64,000 nucleotides of DNA from the NCBI GenBank assembly GCA_013202715.1, contig JABMRF010000040.1, positions 4,376 to 68,375 on the forward strand, read 5' to 3'. A program made the translations under genes and the position numbers. Source of the DNA: Candidatus Kuenenbacteria bacterium. GTDB lineage: Bacteria > Patescibacteriota > Patescibacteriia > UBA11705 > JABHMO01. Numbering within the stretch: position 1 is the first letter of the stretch; each line of letters begins with the position of its first letter. Under the pieces are notes generated by a model. The model was not told the origin of the DNA. It ran no database searches and saw only the letters and a program-made list of their open reading frames with translations. This document shows positions 17,759 through 26,680 of this stretch, in pieces.

Positions 17759-18946
17759 TTATTCCTTGCTTTTTAATAACGCGACTGGTACTAATTGTAA
17801 ATTAATATCAAAACTGACCATTGTATCTAGGGCAACTGGCTCCTCCGGCTCCTCAATTCCAAGTTCAAGATCAAATTCTGACTCAAATACTTCCGGGGCA
17901 GCCTTGCTTGCTGCGTTCAAATCAACCAATTCTACAAAATCTGCTTCCTGAAAAACTGCCAACTGCCTGGCTACGTCCGTATAATTTTTTGCTTTTGCTG
18001 ACAAAACAATTTTCCCGGTATCCTCTGCGGTAATGCCGGTATAATATACATTTTCAACTGTGTTATGTTCCAGTTCAGTTAGAAATTCAGTCCAGTAAAT
18101 ATGATTTTTTAGTAAAATTTGTAAAACCTTGGCGCGTTCTTTTAGTTTTTGCACCTGCAGTTTCCCTGTGCCGTATAAATTTATTTCCGCTTGAGTCTGA
18201 CTAATCAACCCGTCTAAGTCATTGTATTCTTTGACTAAATCTTTTTTATAAAATTTGATCCCAAAGTATGCGCCTGAGAACAAAAGGACAAAAACTAAAA
18301 CAAGAATTAAAATATATTTGACGCGCAACCAAAACTGGCCAAGCACAACCTCCTGATAATCTTCTGAAATTAAATTAACTTCTGCTGGCGGTTTTTTAAA
18401 ACGTAAAACGGCCAGTCCTTTTTTGAAATAATCAGCTAATGGTTTTGATTTCCGCGCCCGCTCTACTTTGTCTGATGTTTCCTGAATGATTTTTTTGCCT
18501 GTTCCGTTTAGCTCACGTTCATCTTGTGGAAACCTCATTTTCAACCCTTTGTTTGATTTTTTTTCCGGAGGCGGTGGCGGTAGTGGCGTTTCAACCTTTG
18601 GAGGTGGTGACAGGGCCGGCATTTTAATCTTTGGAGGCGCTGGCGGAACCGGCCTTTCCCCTCGACTTCGCTCGGGATCTGCGACTACTTTGGGGGGTGG
18701 TGGGGGTGGAGTAGGCTTTTCTTTTTGCTTCAATCGAAAAATCCCACGCTTTTTCTTTGGCGCCAGTTCTTGACCTTCCAGCTTTATCCATTCTTCAGTC
18801 TCCTGCTTAACTTCCGCCTTTTGCACTTCGTCTTTTTTCTCTGGCAAATGCATTTTAAAATCAGGTAAACCCATTCCCTCCTTTGTTTTTTGTTTTTCTT
18901 CTTCCTCTTTGTCTCTTTGAGACTTGGGAAGTAAACTTATTGGCAT
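17759..18946 (-). CDS. PilN-like protein with Pro-rich N-terminal extension
   Basis: PPPPPPK/PPPPPE low-complexity stretch then TM helix and coiled-coil. Confidence 0.5.
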   Translation of the reverse strand: MPISLLPKSQRDKEEEEKQKTKEGMGLPDFKMHLPEKKDEVQKAEVKQETEEWIKLEGQELAPKKKRGIFRLKQKEKPTPPPPPPKVVADPERSRGERPVPPAPPKIKMPALSPPPKVETPLPPPPPEKKSNKGLKMRFPQDERELNGTGKKIIQETSDKVERARKSKPLADYFKKGLAVLRFKKPPAEVNLISEDYQEVVLGQFWLRVKYILILVLVFVLLFSGAYFGIKFYKKDLVKEYNDLDGLISQTQAEINLYGTGKLQVQKLKERAKVLQILLKNHIYWTEFLTELEHNTVENVYYTGITAEDTGKIVLSAKAKNYTDVARQLAVFQEADFVELVDLNAASKAAPEVFESEFDLELGIEEPEEPVALDTMVSFDINLQLVPVALLKSKE

Positions 18947-18952
18947 AAACTA

Positions 18953-18990
18953 CCGCAGATTATGCGGATCTAACGCGGATTTGGCGGACT
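18953..18990. repeat. ATCCGCG-family repeat cluster (copy a), contains GCGGATCTAACGC
   Basis: ccgcagattatgcggatctaacgcggatttggcggact. Confidence 0.8.
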
Positions 18991-19377
18991 TTACTGCAAC
19001 GTCCAGCTTTTTTCATGGACCCTGCGTACAATCTCAAGGTTCTTTGCGCCAAAATTCACAATAAATCCTAACTTATATTCTGATGTTGTTAAATATTGAT
19101 ATAATTTCTTTATAAATACTTCAGGGATAAACAATACTGATTTAAATTCAACAATAATTTTTCCGAATGGTACAAAATCTGGCTTATAATAACCTACAAC
19201 TTTTCCCTCCATCATTAAATGAAGTGTTTTTTCTCGTTCGTATAATATACTTTCCCTTTTCAATAATTCTTCAAACGCATTCCCATAAACTTTTTCTTTA
19301 TGACCTGGCCCAAGTGTATTGTAAATTTCCATCCATAAACCGCGGAGTATATATGATGATTCATCTTCATAAATCAA
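18991..19377 (-). CDS. GxxExxY-family protein (PD-(D/E)xK-like)
   Basis: ...TLGPGHKEKVYGNAFEELL... EREKTL... GYYKPDFV... LGFIVNFG pattern typical of the family; TTG start. Confidence 0.65.
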   Translation of the reverse strand: MIYEDESSYILRGLWMEIYNTLGPGHKEKVYGNAFEELLKRESILYEREKTLHLMMEGKVVGYYKPDFVPFGKIIVEFKSVLFIPEVFIKKLYQYLTTSEYKLGFIVNFGAKNLEIVRRVHEKSWTLQ

Positions 19378-19431
19378 TGGCTATCCATCTTTCGTTATTA
19401 TTCCCATATACACGTCACTTTTAATTCCGTT

Positions 19432-19492
19432 TTATCCGCCGTTCGGCCACGAGCTCACGGCCGAGTGGCGTTAGATCCGCTTTATCCGCGCC
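19432..19492. repeat. ATCCGCG-family repeat cluster (copy b), contains GCGTTAGATCCGC, inverted relative to copy a
   Basis: tttatccgccgttcgg...ggcgttagatccgctttatccgcgcc. Confidence 0.8.
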
Positions 19493-19493
19493 A

Positions 19494-20612
19494 CTATTCT
19501 ATGTCTCGCATTGCTAACCCAATGGAAGTAGCAAGACGAGGGCCTATAGACTCCAAGATTGGTTCCAAATCCTGTGGATAAATAATTCTGGCCCATGGAT
19601 TACCGATAAATGATCGTATTCCTAATTTATCTGTAAAATATTCCGATAAATTAAACAAACTTGCTGTCCCACCGGACAAGACAATTCTTTCTATTTTTTT
19701 ACCTTTATTATCAGGTTGTTCTAGATAAAAATTCTTTGTGTATTCAATTTCATCAATAATTGATTGGATTGGTCGCTCTATAATTTCCGGTAAAGTTTTT
19801 CCCTCTCCTAATGCTTCCGGATTGCTGGCCAAATCCCTTTTGAACTGTTCAGCCTGTTCAATAGAAATATTCAGAGTCTTAGAAATTTCATTGGTAATGG
19901 AAAGTCCGCCGACTCCGAGACTTCGGTTCAACAGAGGAATTGCATTTTCAACCACAGAAATATCTGTTCCCACAGCGCCAATGTCAACCAAAACCACAAC
20001 TGATTTATCTTTTCCAACCATCGATCGAGCCAAGGCAAATGATTCTGTTTCTAAACTGATTAAATCCAAACCTGCTTTCTTGAAAATTTGAATATATTTT
20101 TGCACAACTTCCTTTGCCGCTCCGGTCAACAAAACCTGTAGGTTTTTGATTTTGGCACCATCTCCTTTTGCTCCTTTGTCCTCTTTTAAAATATCTTCAT
20201 TGCCAATAACTTTCCAGTCCAAAATCATTTCTTCCAGTGGAAGCGGTAAGACTTTTTTTGCTTCCCATTCAACTGCAGCTGTCACTTTCTTTGGTGAAGC
20301 CAAATCCTTTTTGCTGATTTCAGACAAAGAAATAATTGAACTAAAAACTGCCGGCGCCGGGAGTGCGGTAATGGCTCTCTTTGTGATAACTTTTGATCGT
20401 TCCAAAACTTTCTTAATCATTTCCGCAGTTTTCTCCGGCTGATCAATCAATTTGGATCCCTCTCCAGACAAAGAACGCTCCAAATAACCATATGTTACCA
20501 ACTGCGCACGTCCATTGTTGTTAGTTAATTCAACCAACTTAATACTACTCCCACCGATGTCTACGCCAAGATAATTTGTATCTGCTGTTCCTTTTTTTGA
20601 AAATAAGCCCAT
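19494..20612 (-). CDS. pilM: type IV pilus assembly protein PilM (actin-like ATPase fold)
   Basis: YLGVDIGGSSIKLVEL..., actin/Hsp70 fold motifs; ORF-track start 20651 is TTG within a low-complexity CAAAG repeat. Confidence 0.85.
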   Translation of the reverse strand: MGLFSKKGTADTNYLGVDIGGSSIKLVELTNNNGRAQLVTYGYLERSLSGEGSKLIDQPEKTAEMIKKVLERSKVITKRAITALPAPAVFSSIISLSEISKKDLASPKKVTAAVEWEAKKVLPLPLEEMILDWKVIGNEDILKEDKGAKGDGAKIKNLQVLLTGAAKEVVQKYIQIFKKAGLDLISLETESFALARSMVGKDKSVVVLVDIGAVGTDISVVENAIPLLNRSLGVGGLSITNEISKTLNISIEQAEQFKRDLASNPEALGEGKTLPEIIERPIQSIIDEIEYTKNFYLEQPDNKGKKIERIVLSGGTASLFNLSEYFTDKLGIRSFIGNPWARIIYPQDLEPILESIGPRLATSIGLAMRDIE

Positions 20613-20722
20613 ATTTTTAGAAAAATTCAAAGCCCAAAATCCAAAATTCAAAGGAAATCTAAAGCTCCAAATTTAAATATAAAATATACCTTGGAATCTT
20701 AAATTTTTATTTTCGAATTTCC

Positions 20723-20756
20723 TTTGTGCTTTGTGCTTTGTATTTTGTATTTTATT
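20723..20756. repeat. TTTGTGC/TTTGTAT heptamer tandem array
   Basis: ctttgtgctttgtgctttgtattttgtatttt. Confidence 0.8.
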
Positions 20757-20804
20757 CAATGATATTATATCACTTTTTACGTAAATATAAAAACATTTAT
20801 CCAC

Positions 20805-22358
20805 TTATTCCCAACTTGGTAAAGCTTTTGCTAAATCAGCGAATCCAGGTGGCGGATTTACGATGACTCGACCATCGTAAATAACTTGTTCAGAAGGAGC
20901 CAAAGTTTCCAAATCTGAAACTTGTCGTTCAAATCTAAATTTTCTGGCAATCATTAGTCCATTAACCTGCAACGTTTTATCAAATTTATTATTAACAATT
21001 GTTTTTGTGCCGGTGTAAATTGTATTTTCAGCGTAAAAATTCCCATCCAGTCGATCAACATCCGGACTGATGTAAATATTTCCACCGGTGCCATCATCAT
21101 TCTTCAAAACGATCCAGCCGATCGACGGCAACTGTTTTGCTTTTTTAACTGAACTTGTTAAATATTGATGATAACCATTTAAATATAGATCGCCCCGAAC
21201 AACAATCGTTCCAGAAGCATTTTCATGATTGGTGTAACCGGTACGATATTTTTTGTGATTTATTTTAAAATCTGTATTTGAATAATATACTTTGCCGTCT
21301 AAAATTGAATACAAGGAAGAACTAAATCCTTGATTGACACTTTCAACTTTTCCATACTGGCCGGCCAACAAACCCTTGATATCTAATGTTCCGATATTAC
21401 TGCGATAATCATTTTCCTGACTCGGTAATGTTAACACGCCGATGTCATCGCTAACCCAACCCAAGCCTTCACACTCGCCTGCCACTTCACATTCTGAAGA
21501 AAAGTGAACAATAGAGCCGTTACTTTGCAACATGAAAGTAGCGTTATATTGTCCTTCTGGTGCCACATTTTGATAAAGAGAACCAATCCCCCTTTGGGCG
21601 TAAATATCTCCGCCAACAGTTTGCACGTAAGGCGCATTTACTTTAACTATATTTTGTTCAGGATGAAAGCCCAGCCAACCAAACCCAGTGTCGTCTCCAT
21701 TTCCATTCCAACTCCAGCCAACTAAAGAATTATTTTTGTAATCGATCCCAACTCCGTGTTTATAACACTTACTACAAGCGTAACATGTCCCGTTACTGCA
21801 ACTCGAACAGTCCTCGCAAATTTCTTTACTGCCTTCATATTGATTTGAATTAAAGCACAAGCCGCATCGATCTCGATTTTCATCTTTTAATCTGGCGCAA
21901 TTTCTACAAGAATATTTTTTCCCGGAAGAACTAACTTCGTTTCCGGTTAATTTACTCCAGCCGTCCATTCCAAGTACAGTCCAGTTTGTCCAGCCAAAAA
22001 GTATTCCATGTTCAGAAATTCTAACTTCAGGCGTAAATCCGTCAGGTGCGTTTCCAACACTGGAACAAGATTCACCAAAACAAACCCAGCCACCGTATTC
22101 TGACCAAGACCAGCCATCCATCTTTCTGGTTTCATTATTATAATCAACACCGTAATCACTTTGGATACATTTGTTGTTAATGCCGTCGTTGTAACAATTC
22201 AAAGACAACCAGCCGATATTTTCTGACCAGGCCCAGCCGGTAATTTTGTGATTCTTGCTTGCGTTAACGTTGGAGTCGTAAGAAATCAAAAAAACAAAAA
22301 AACAAGAAACCAATAACAAAAAAATTGTGGTTACTTTTTTGTTCATAACTGGGTTCAT
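20805..22358 (-). CDS. large Cys-rich secreted protein with repeated GWxWSExxGW motifs; putative pilus-associated adhesin
   Basis: N-terminal hydrophobic segment; GWAWSENIGWLSLNC, GWSWSEYGGWVCF, GWSWNGNGDDTGFGWLGF; many Cys pairs; directly upstream of pilM. Confidence 0.55.
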   Translation of the reverse strand: MNPVMNKKVTTIFLLLVSCFFVFLISYDSNVNASKNHKITGWAWSENIGWLSLNCYNDGINNKCIQSDYGVDYNNETRKMDGWSWSEYGGWVCFGESCSSVGNAPDGFTPEVRISEHGILFGWTNWTVLGMDGWSKLTGNEVSSSGKKYSCRNCARLKDENRDRCGLCFNSNQYEGSKEICEDCSSCSNGTCYACSKCYKHGVGIDYKNNSLVGWSWNGNGDDTGFGWLGFHPEQNIVKVNAPYVQTVGGDIYAQRGIGSLYQNVAPEGQYNATFMLQSNGSIVHFSSECEVAGECEGLGWVSDDIGVLTLPSQENDYRSNIGTLDIKGLLAGQYGKVESVNQGFSSSLYSILDGKVYYSNTDFKINHKKYRTGYTNHENASGTIVVRGDLYLNGYHQYLTSSVKKAKQLPSIGWIVLKNDDGTGGNIYISPDVDRLDGNFYAENTIYTGTKTIVNNKFDKTLQVNGLMIARKFRFERQVSDLETLAPSEQVIYDGRVIVNPPPGFADLAKALPSWE

Positions 22359-22488
22359 TATACCATGCAGACGCAAAACCGCAAAATTAAAAAAAGCGCA
22401 AAACTTGAAGTTTTTACGCTTTTGCAAATTATTTTGCGTTTTTACGACTTTTGCGTTTTTGCGTTTACAATTCTGACGATTAACTTCG
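22359..22488. repeat. array of CGCAAAA/TTTTGCG repeats overlapping the promoter of the 22358 gene
   Basis: cgcaaaaccgcaaaatt...gcgtttttgcgtttac; TATAAT 10 nt before ATG. Confidence 0.6.
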
Positions 22489-22764
22489 CTAAAACTTATC
22501 GGTCGGATCGTAATCTTCGATTTTCGTACCACTACCTTGAACTAACGCCTCTTTTCCCAGAGATATAGACAAAACGCCAATAATGACAACAACCAACGCT
22601 ACAATATTACTGATCAAATATGAAAATTCAGATATGCCCAAGACATTATGAAAAGAATCTTCCCAAATCGCCCAACTGAGCAAAATCATCACAAAAGTAT
22701 TTACTGTCCATAAAAAACAAATTCCCCATATTGCCACTATTAACCCAAGTAAAACTTTTTTCAT
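22489..22764 (-). CDS. small membrane protein (91 aa)
   Basis: three hydrophobic helices. Confidence 0.45.
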   Translation of the reverse strand: MKKVLLGLIVAIWGICFLWTVNTFVMILLSWAIWEDSFHNVLGISEFSYLISNIVALVVVIIGVLSISLGKEALVQGSGTKIEDYDPTDKF

Positions 22765-22794
22765 TTTATCCTCCCTGCCGGAACTTCCAAAAAC

Positions 22795-23019
22795 TCACCC
22801 CCGACATCTCCACCCTCCATTCGGCTCAAACATGCCCATCTTATACATAACTTTCAAAGAAAAGGAAATAATTAATGCCCCAACGACGAACGCTTGCCCG
22901 TGAGAAAAAACTCCGAACAAGGGATAATCGACAAAAAAGGGAACAACTATAAAGATAAGTCCACTGAGGAAAAAAAGCATCAACAAGGAAAACTCTATCA
23001 TTATAATCAGAAACCACAT
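22795..23019 (-). CDS. small membrane protein (74 aa)
   Basis: hydrophobic throughout. Confidence 0.4.
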   Translation of the reverse strand: MWFLIIMIEFSLLMLFFLSGLIFIVVPFFVDYPLFGVFSHGQAFVVGALIISFSLKVMYKMGMFEPNGGWRCRG

Positions 23020-23030
23020 GGTATCCCCTC

Positions 23031-23213
23031 TTATTGAAAATCCTTCGGCACTTCAGGAATTGGCCATAAATTCAACCGGGCGCCAAGAATAACTGAAACT
23101 GCGAAAACTGCCAAACCTAAAAACATTGTTCCGCCTTCGCCCAAATAGCCAAACAGCGGCGCAACCATCATCACTATTCCAGTCAAAGCACCCAATACAG
23201 CCAGAAGTTGCAA
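23031..23213 (-). CDS. small membrane protein (60 aa)
   Basis: GGAGG RBS; TTGACA...TATAAT promoter upstream. Confidence 0.45.
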   Translation of the reverse strand: MQLLAVLGALTGIVMMVAPLFGYLGEGGTMFLGLAVFAVSVILGARLNLWPIPEVPKDFQ

Positions 23214-23324
23214 AAATTTTATGATTAATCAAATCACCTTTTCCATGTTGGCCTCCATTTGTAAAAGAACTGAATATATGATCTTATTATAATTTAAATG
23301 GATTGTCAAGTATTCTTAATCAAC

Positions 23325-23358
23325 CGTGAAGGCGACACGTCGACGTGTCGCCTTCACG
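23325..23358. repeat. 34-bp perfect GC-rich palindrome 2 nt downstream of the rnhA stop
   Basis: cgtgaaggcgacacgtc|gacgtgtcgccttcacg; SalI-like GTCGAC at centre. Confidence 0.9.
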
Positions 23359-23359
23359 A

Positions 23360-23770
23360 TTAATTCCCACTCCTTTTCTCATCAAGCGCCTCATTGACCA
23401 TCGCATCCGCCTCGGTATTATCTTCACGATAAATATGCTTGTATTCAATCTTTTTGAAATGACCTTGCAGATTGTGAATTTTTAAAAACTGTTGAGCTAA
23501 ATCCTGATTTTTAACCTTGTACTCGCCTTTGAGCTGTTTCACAACCAGCTCGCTATCTAATTTGAATTCCAATTCCGTTCCGCCAAGTTCTTTTGCTTTT
23601 TCCATCGCAAAAACAACGGCCTGATATTCAGCCTGATTATTTGTAGTTTCGCCAATGCATTTTCCTTCACTGAACAAAACTTCTTCTTTTTCATTTTTAA
23701 TGACAATGCCGATTGCAGCGGGTCCCGGATTTCCTCTCGCTCCCCCGTCGCAGTTTATTGCTAATTTCAT
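23360..23770 (-). CDS. rnhA: ribonuclease HI
   Basis: DGGARGNPGPAA, NNQAEY, REDNTEAD catalytic motifs. Confidence 0.85.
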   Translation of the reverse strand: MKLAINCDGGARGNPGPAAIGIVIKNEKEEVLFSEGKCIGETTNNQAEYQAVVFAMEKAKELGGTELEFKLDSELVVKQLKGEYKVKNQDLAQQFLKIHNLQGHFKKIEYKHIYREDNTEADAMVNEALDEKRSGN

Positions 23771-23782
23771 ATTGTGTTTATT

Positions 23783-23829
23783 ACTTTTAACTTTTACATT
23801 TTACATTTTACCTTTTACCTTTTACCTTC
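23783..23829. repeat. GGTAAAA-family heptamer tandem array (7 units) spanning the recJ stop and rnhA start
   Basis: cttttaacttttacattttacattttaccttttaccttttacc. Confidence 0.85.
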
Positions 23830-25544
23830 ATATCCACAGCCTTGAATTCAAACTCCCGATTTCCGTTCCATTCGTTGATTCCAAGTTCGCACACCACGTC
23901 TATTGTATCACCAACCCTTAACTTTTCCAACCATTCTTTCGCTTTTCCAAACCAAAGCATTTTATACAATTGTGGACCATCTTGTTTGAAATTAATTCGC
24001 AAATGAGTTTTGTCTTTTCCGATCGCATCCATGGCGACAACTTGTAAATTATTGATAATAAAGAGCGGCTTAGGATTTCTTTCACCAAATGGAGAAAATT
24101 TTTCAAGCTGGGCCAAAAAATCGAAATCAATTTGACTTGTCTTTACCTCAGCGTCAACTTCCAAGACAGGTTGCAAATCAAGATCAGCAAGTTCTTTTTC
24201 AGCATGCAAGGTAAAATCATTTTCAAATTGCTCGCGAACTTCTACTTCATTCAAAGTAAATCCACATGCGCCAGGATGGCCACCGAACCGAGCGAGATGA
24301 TCGCTGACTGTGCGCAGCCCTTCAGTAATATTAAATTCATCAATTGAACGACCGGAGCCAGTTACGTTTCCATTGCAAAGCGTCATCGCCACAGCCGGCC
24401 GATAATACTTGTCCGCCAGTCTTCCGGCGATAAGGCCGACAATTCCCGGTAACCAATTTTCATTATAAACAAAGATAATCTTTTTCTTTTCTATTTCCTC
24501 GAGCTGAGCAGTCGCCTCTTCCAGGGCGCCAATAATCACCTGCTGGCGAGCCTGATTATTTTCCTGCAATTCCTGAGCAATTCTCTCTGACTCCAGGGCG
24601 TCATCAGAAACTAATAATTCATAAGCCACACTGGCATGATTCATTCTCCCTGCGGCGTTGAGCCGAGGTGCAAGTTGAAAACCGATTGTAAAAGAATTGA
24701 TCCCCTTTGAACCAATTGATTCCAATAACTTTTGTAAACCGACCCAGCGCGTTTTCTCGAGAACTTTCAATCCCCACTTTACCAGGACTCTATTTTCGCC
24801 GATAATTGGTGAAACATCCGCAACAGTTCCAATGGCCACAATATCAAGCAACCATTTTTGAAAACCTGCCACCCCGCCGAACGTCATGAATTCATTTTCA
24901 TATTTACTAAGTTTCTCCGTATCACTCAAAATTGCTTGAACCAGCTTATATGCCACTCCAGCTCCAGCTAATTCCTGGAATGGGTATCCGCTGCCCCCCA
25001 CTTTTGGATCTAAAGTTGCAAAAGGTTTAGGTAAAACTTCCGGTGGTTCATGGTGATCTGTAACGATAACGTCAACACCCTTTTCGGTTAAATAAGCAAT
25101 TTCGTCCACATTTGTGATACCACAGTCAACTGTGATTAACAGTTTAGCTTTTTGAGCAATAAATGTGTTCAAGTTGTTCATGTTCAATCCATAGCCGTCC
25201 GTTTCTCTGTGCGGGATAAAGACCTGAGCATCAGCTCCAAGTAACTTCAAAGTACGAAATACGATAGCGGAACTGGTAACTCCGTCTGCATCATAGTCGC
25301 CGTGAATCAAAATCTTTTCTTTTTTTTCAATCGCCTGCCATACCCGCTCAACTGCCTTCTTCATATCTCTGAATAAAAAAGGATCATGGATCTTTTCGTA
25401 TCCAGGATCAAAAAAATCATCAATCTCTGATTGACTTTCTAAGCCTCTATTGTATAATAGTTGTGTAACAATTGGATGCTGGCCCTCAAATTTGTTTTTG
25501 AACTCGTCCGGTGGGGCATCCTTTACTTTCCAATTTTTAATCAT
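23808..25544 (-). CDS. recJ: single-stranded-DNA-specific exonuclease RecJ
   Basis: DHH motifs (HGDYDADGVTS, DHHEPPE), DHHA1 region; TAAAAT 6 nt before ATG. Confidence 0.85.
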   Translation of the reverse strand: MIKNWKVKDAPPDEFKNKFEGQHPIVTQLLYNRGLESQSEIDDFFDPGYEKIHDPFLFRDMKKAVERVWQAIEKKEKILIHGDYDADGVTSSAIVFRTLKLLGADAQVFIPHRETDGYGLNMNNLNTFIAQKAKLLITVDCGITNVDEIAYLTEKGVDVIVTDHHEPPEVLPKPFATLDPKVGGSGYPFQELAGAGVAYKLVQAILSDTEKLSKYENEFMTFGGVAGFQKWLLDIVAIGTVADVSPIIGENRVLVKWGLKVLEKTRWVGLQKLLESIGSKGINSFTIGFQLAPRLNAAGRMNHASVAYELLVSDDALESERIAQELQENNQARQQVIIGALEEATAQLEEIEKKKIIFVYNENWLPGIVGLIAGRLADKYYRPAVAMTLCNGNVTGSGRSIDEFNITEGLRTVSDHLARFGGHPGACGFTLNEVEVREQFENDFTLHAEKELADLDLQPVLEVDAEVKTSQIDFDFLAQLEKFSPFGERNPKPLFIINNLQVVAMDAIGKDKTHLRINFKQDGPQLYKMLWFGKAKEWLEKLRVGDTIDVVCELGINEWNGNREFEFKAVDMKVKGKR

Positions 25545-25680
25545 ACATATATTTTACAACAAATATGAGAAAAGCACAAAGAATAACCTGGGGAATTATC
25601 GTTATAATTATGATTCTTTCAATGGTAATGTGGACAATGGGATCATTTTTTTACTTTTAATAGTTACCATTATCTCAAAC

Positions 25681-25710
25681 AAAAAAAGCTGTGTTCAAGG
25701 ACACAGCTTT
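25681..25710 (-). terminator. rho-independent terminator
   Basis: aaagctgtgt-tcaagg-acacagcttt with flanking A/T runs. Confidence 0.65.
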
Positions 25711-25719
25711 ACGTATTGT

Positions 25720-26397
25720 TTAGATTACATCCCAGCTAACGCCGGTAATCTTCAAGCCAACTTCTTTCAGCCCGGGATTAATCTTTTCCTGAAGAAGCTC
25801 CAGAAAAGCCTGTTTTTGCTCAGGCCGCTCGGGATTATGAAAATGAGCCAGTTCTTTTGAATAGGAATCATTGAAATCGTACAAGTAATATGAGATCCTT
25901 TTTTGCAATACCTCTTTTGACTCATCTTTTGTTATTGCGACTGGCAATTGCCGTTTATCCTGATGCTCTTCTTTATAGCATTGAGCAACATATGCCACAG
26001 CCAGTTCTGGGTCAATTATTTCAAAACCAACTGTATAGTTCAGCACACGAACCTTGGGATTGTCAGTGATCGGCCGAACCATTGATTCAACTTCTGCCGC
26101 TACGAGGTAGTTTACGCAATCCTGTCCGGTACAAAATACAAAATATTCACTTGTATCAACAACTTTACCATTTTCAATTTGCGCTACCCGATCTTCATCT
26201 GGTTTATTTGATAAAAACCGTGTATATTCCATGAATAAAGGTGAAAAAACCACCAGCGCTGTAATCGCGAAAGATAGCACAGTCGAAATTCTTAAAAAGC
26301 CTTCCAAGCGCTGATTTTTTACTGGTTTAACTTTTAGCATTACAAACGTCAAGACAACACAAACAACACACGCGCAAATCCATAGAAGTCCACCCAT
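25720..26397 (-). CDS. membrane-anchored hypothetical protein
   Basis: N-terminal TM helices; GGAGGTGA RBS. Confidence 0.5.
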   Translation of the reverse strand: MGGLLWICACVVCVVLTFVMLKVKPVKNQRLEGFLRISTVLSFAITALVVFSPLFMEYTRFLSNKPDEDRVAQIENGKVVDTSEYFVFCTGQDCVNYLVAAEVESMVRPITDNPKVRVLNYTVGFEIIDPELAVAYVAQCYKEEHQDKRQLPVAITKDESKEVLQKRISYYLYDFNDSYSKELAHFHNPERPEQKQAFLELLQEKINPGLKEVGLKITGVSWDVI

Positions 26398-26680
26398 GTC
26401 ATCACCTCCATTTAATTAAAGAACTACCCTTTTGGGATATACTCAACTTTAACAATTTGAAATTGTTTTGTCAAGACCTCGAGCCTGCCTACCGCAAGCA
26501 GGTGTAGTCGAAAGGTCAATAGCTTGACAATTCCGTTCAATAAATATAACATTAAATCTAATCCCCGGAACGTTTCCGGGTTGTCCAAAGCATATGTTTT
26601 GGATAAAGGTGCTGAGTGGCCTGTGCCAACCAAAGGCCAAGGTTCATTACAAGCCTTTCGAGGCAAAAAGGAGGTGTCAT

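Noticed and set aside
20651-20651. ORF-track Met starts at 20651, 16744, 36203, 38671 and 19377
   Set aside because: These positions are TTG in the sequence, so the track evidently allows alternative starts. They were replaced by downstream ATGs where supported. 19377 was kept as a TTG start, and 38671 was treated as a continuation of the upstream ORF rather than a start.
25450-25860. Plus-strand ORF 25450-25860
   Set aside because: Spans the recJ start, the intergenic region and the antisense of the 25720 gene. No signals.
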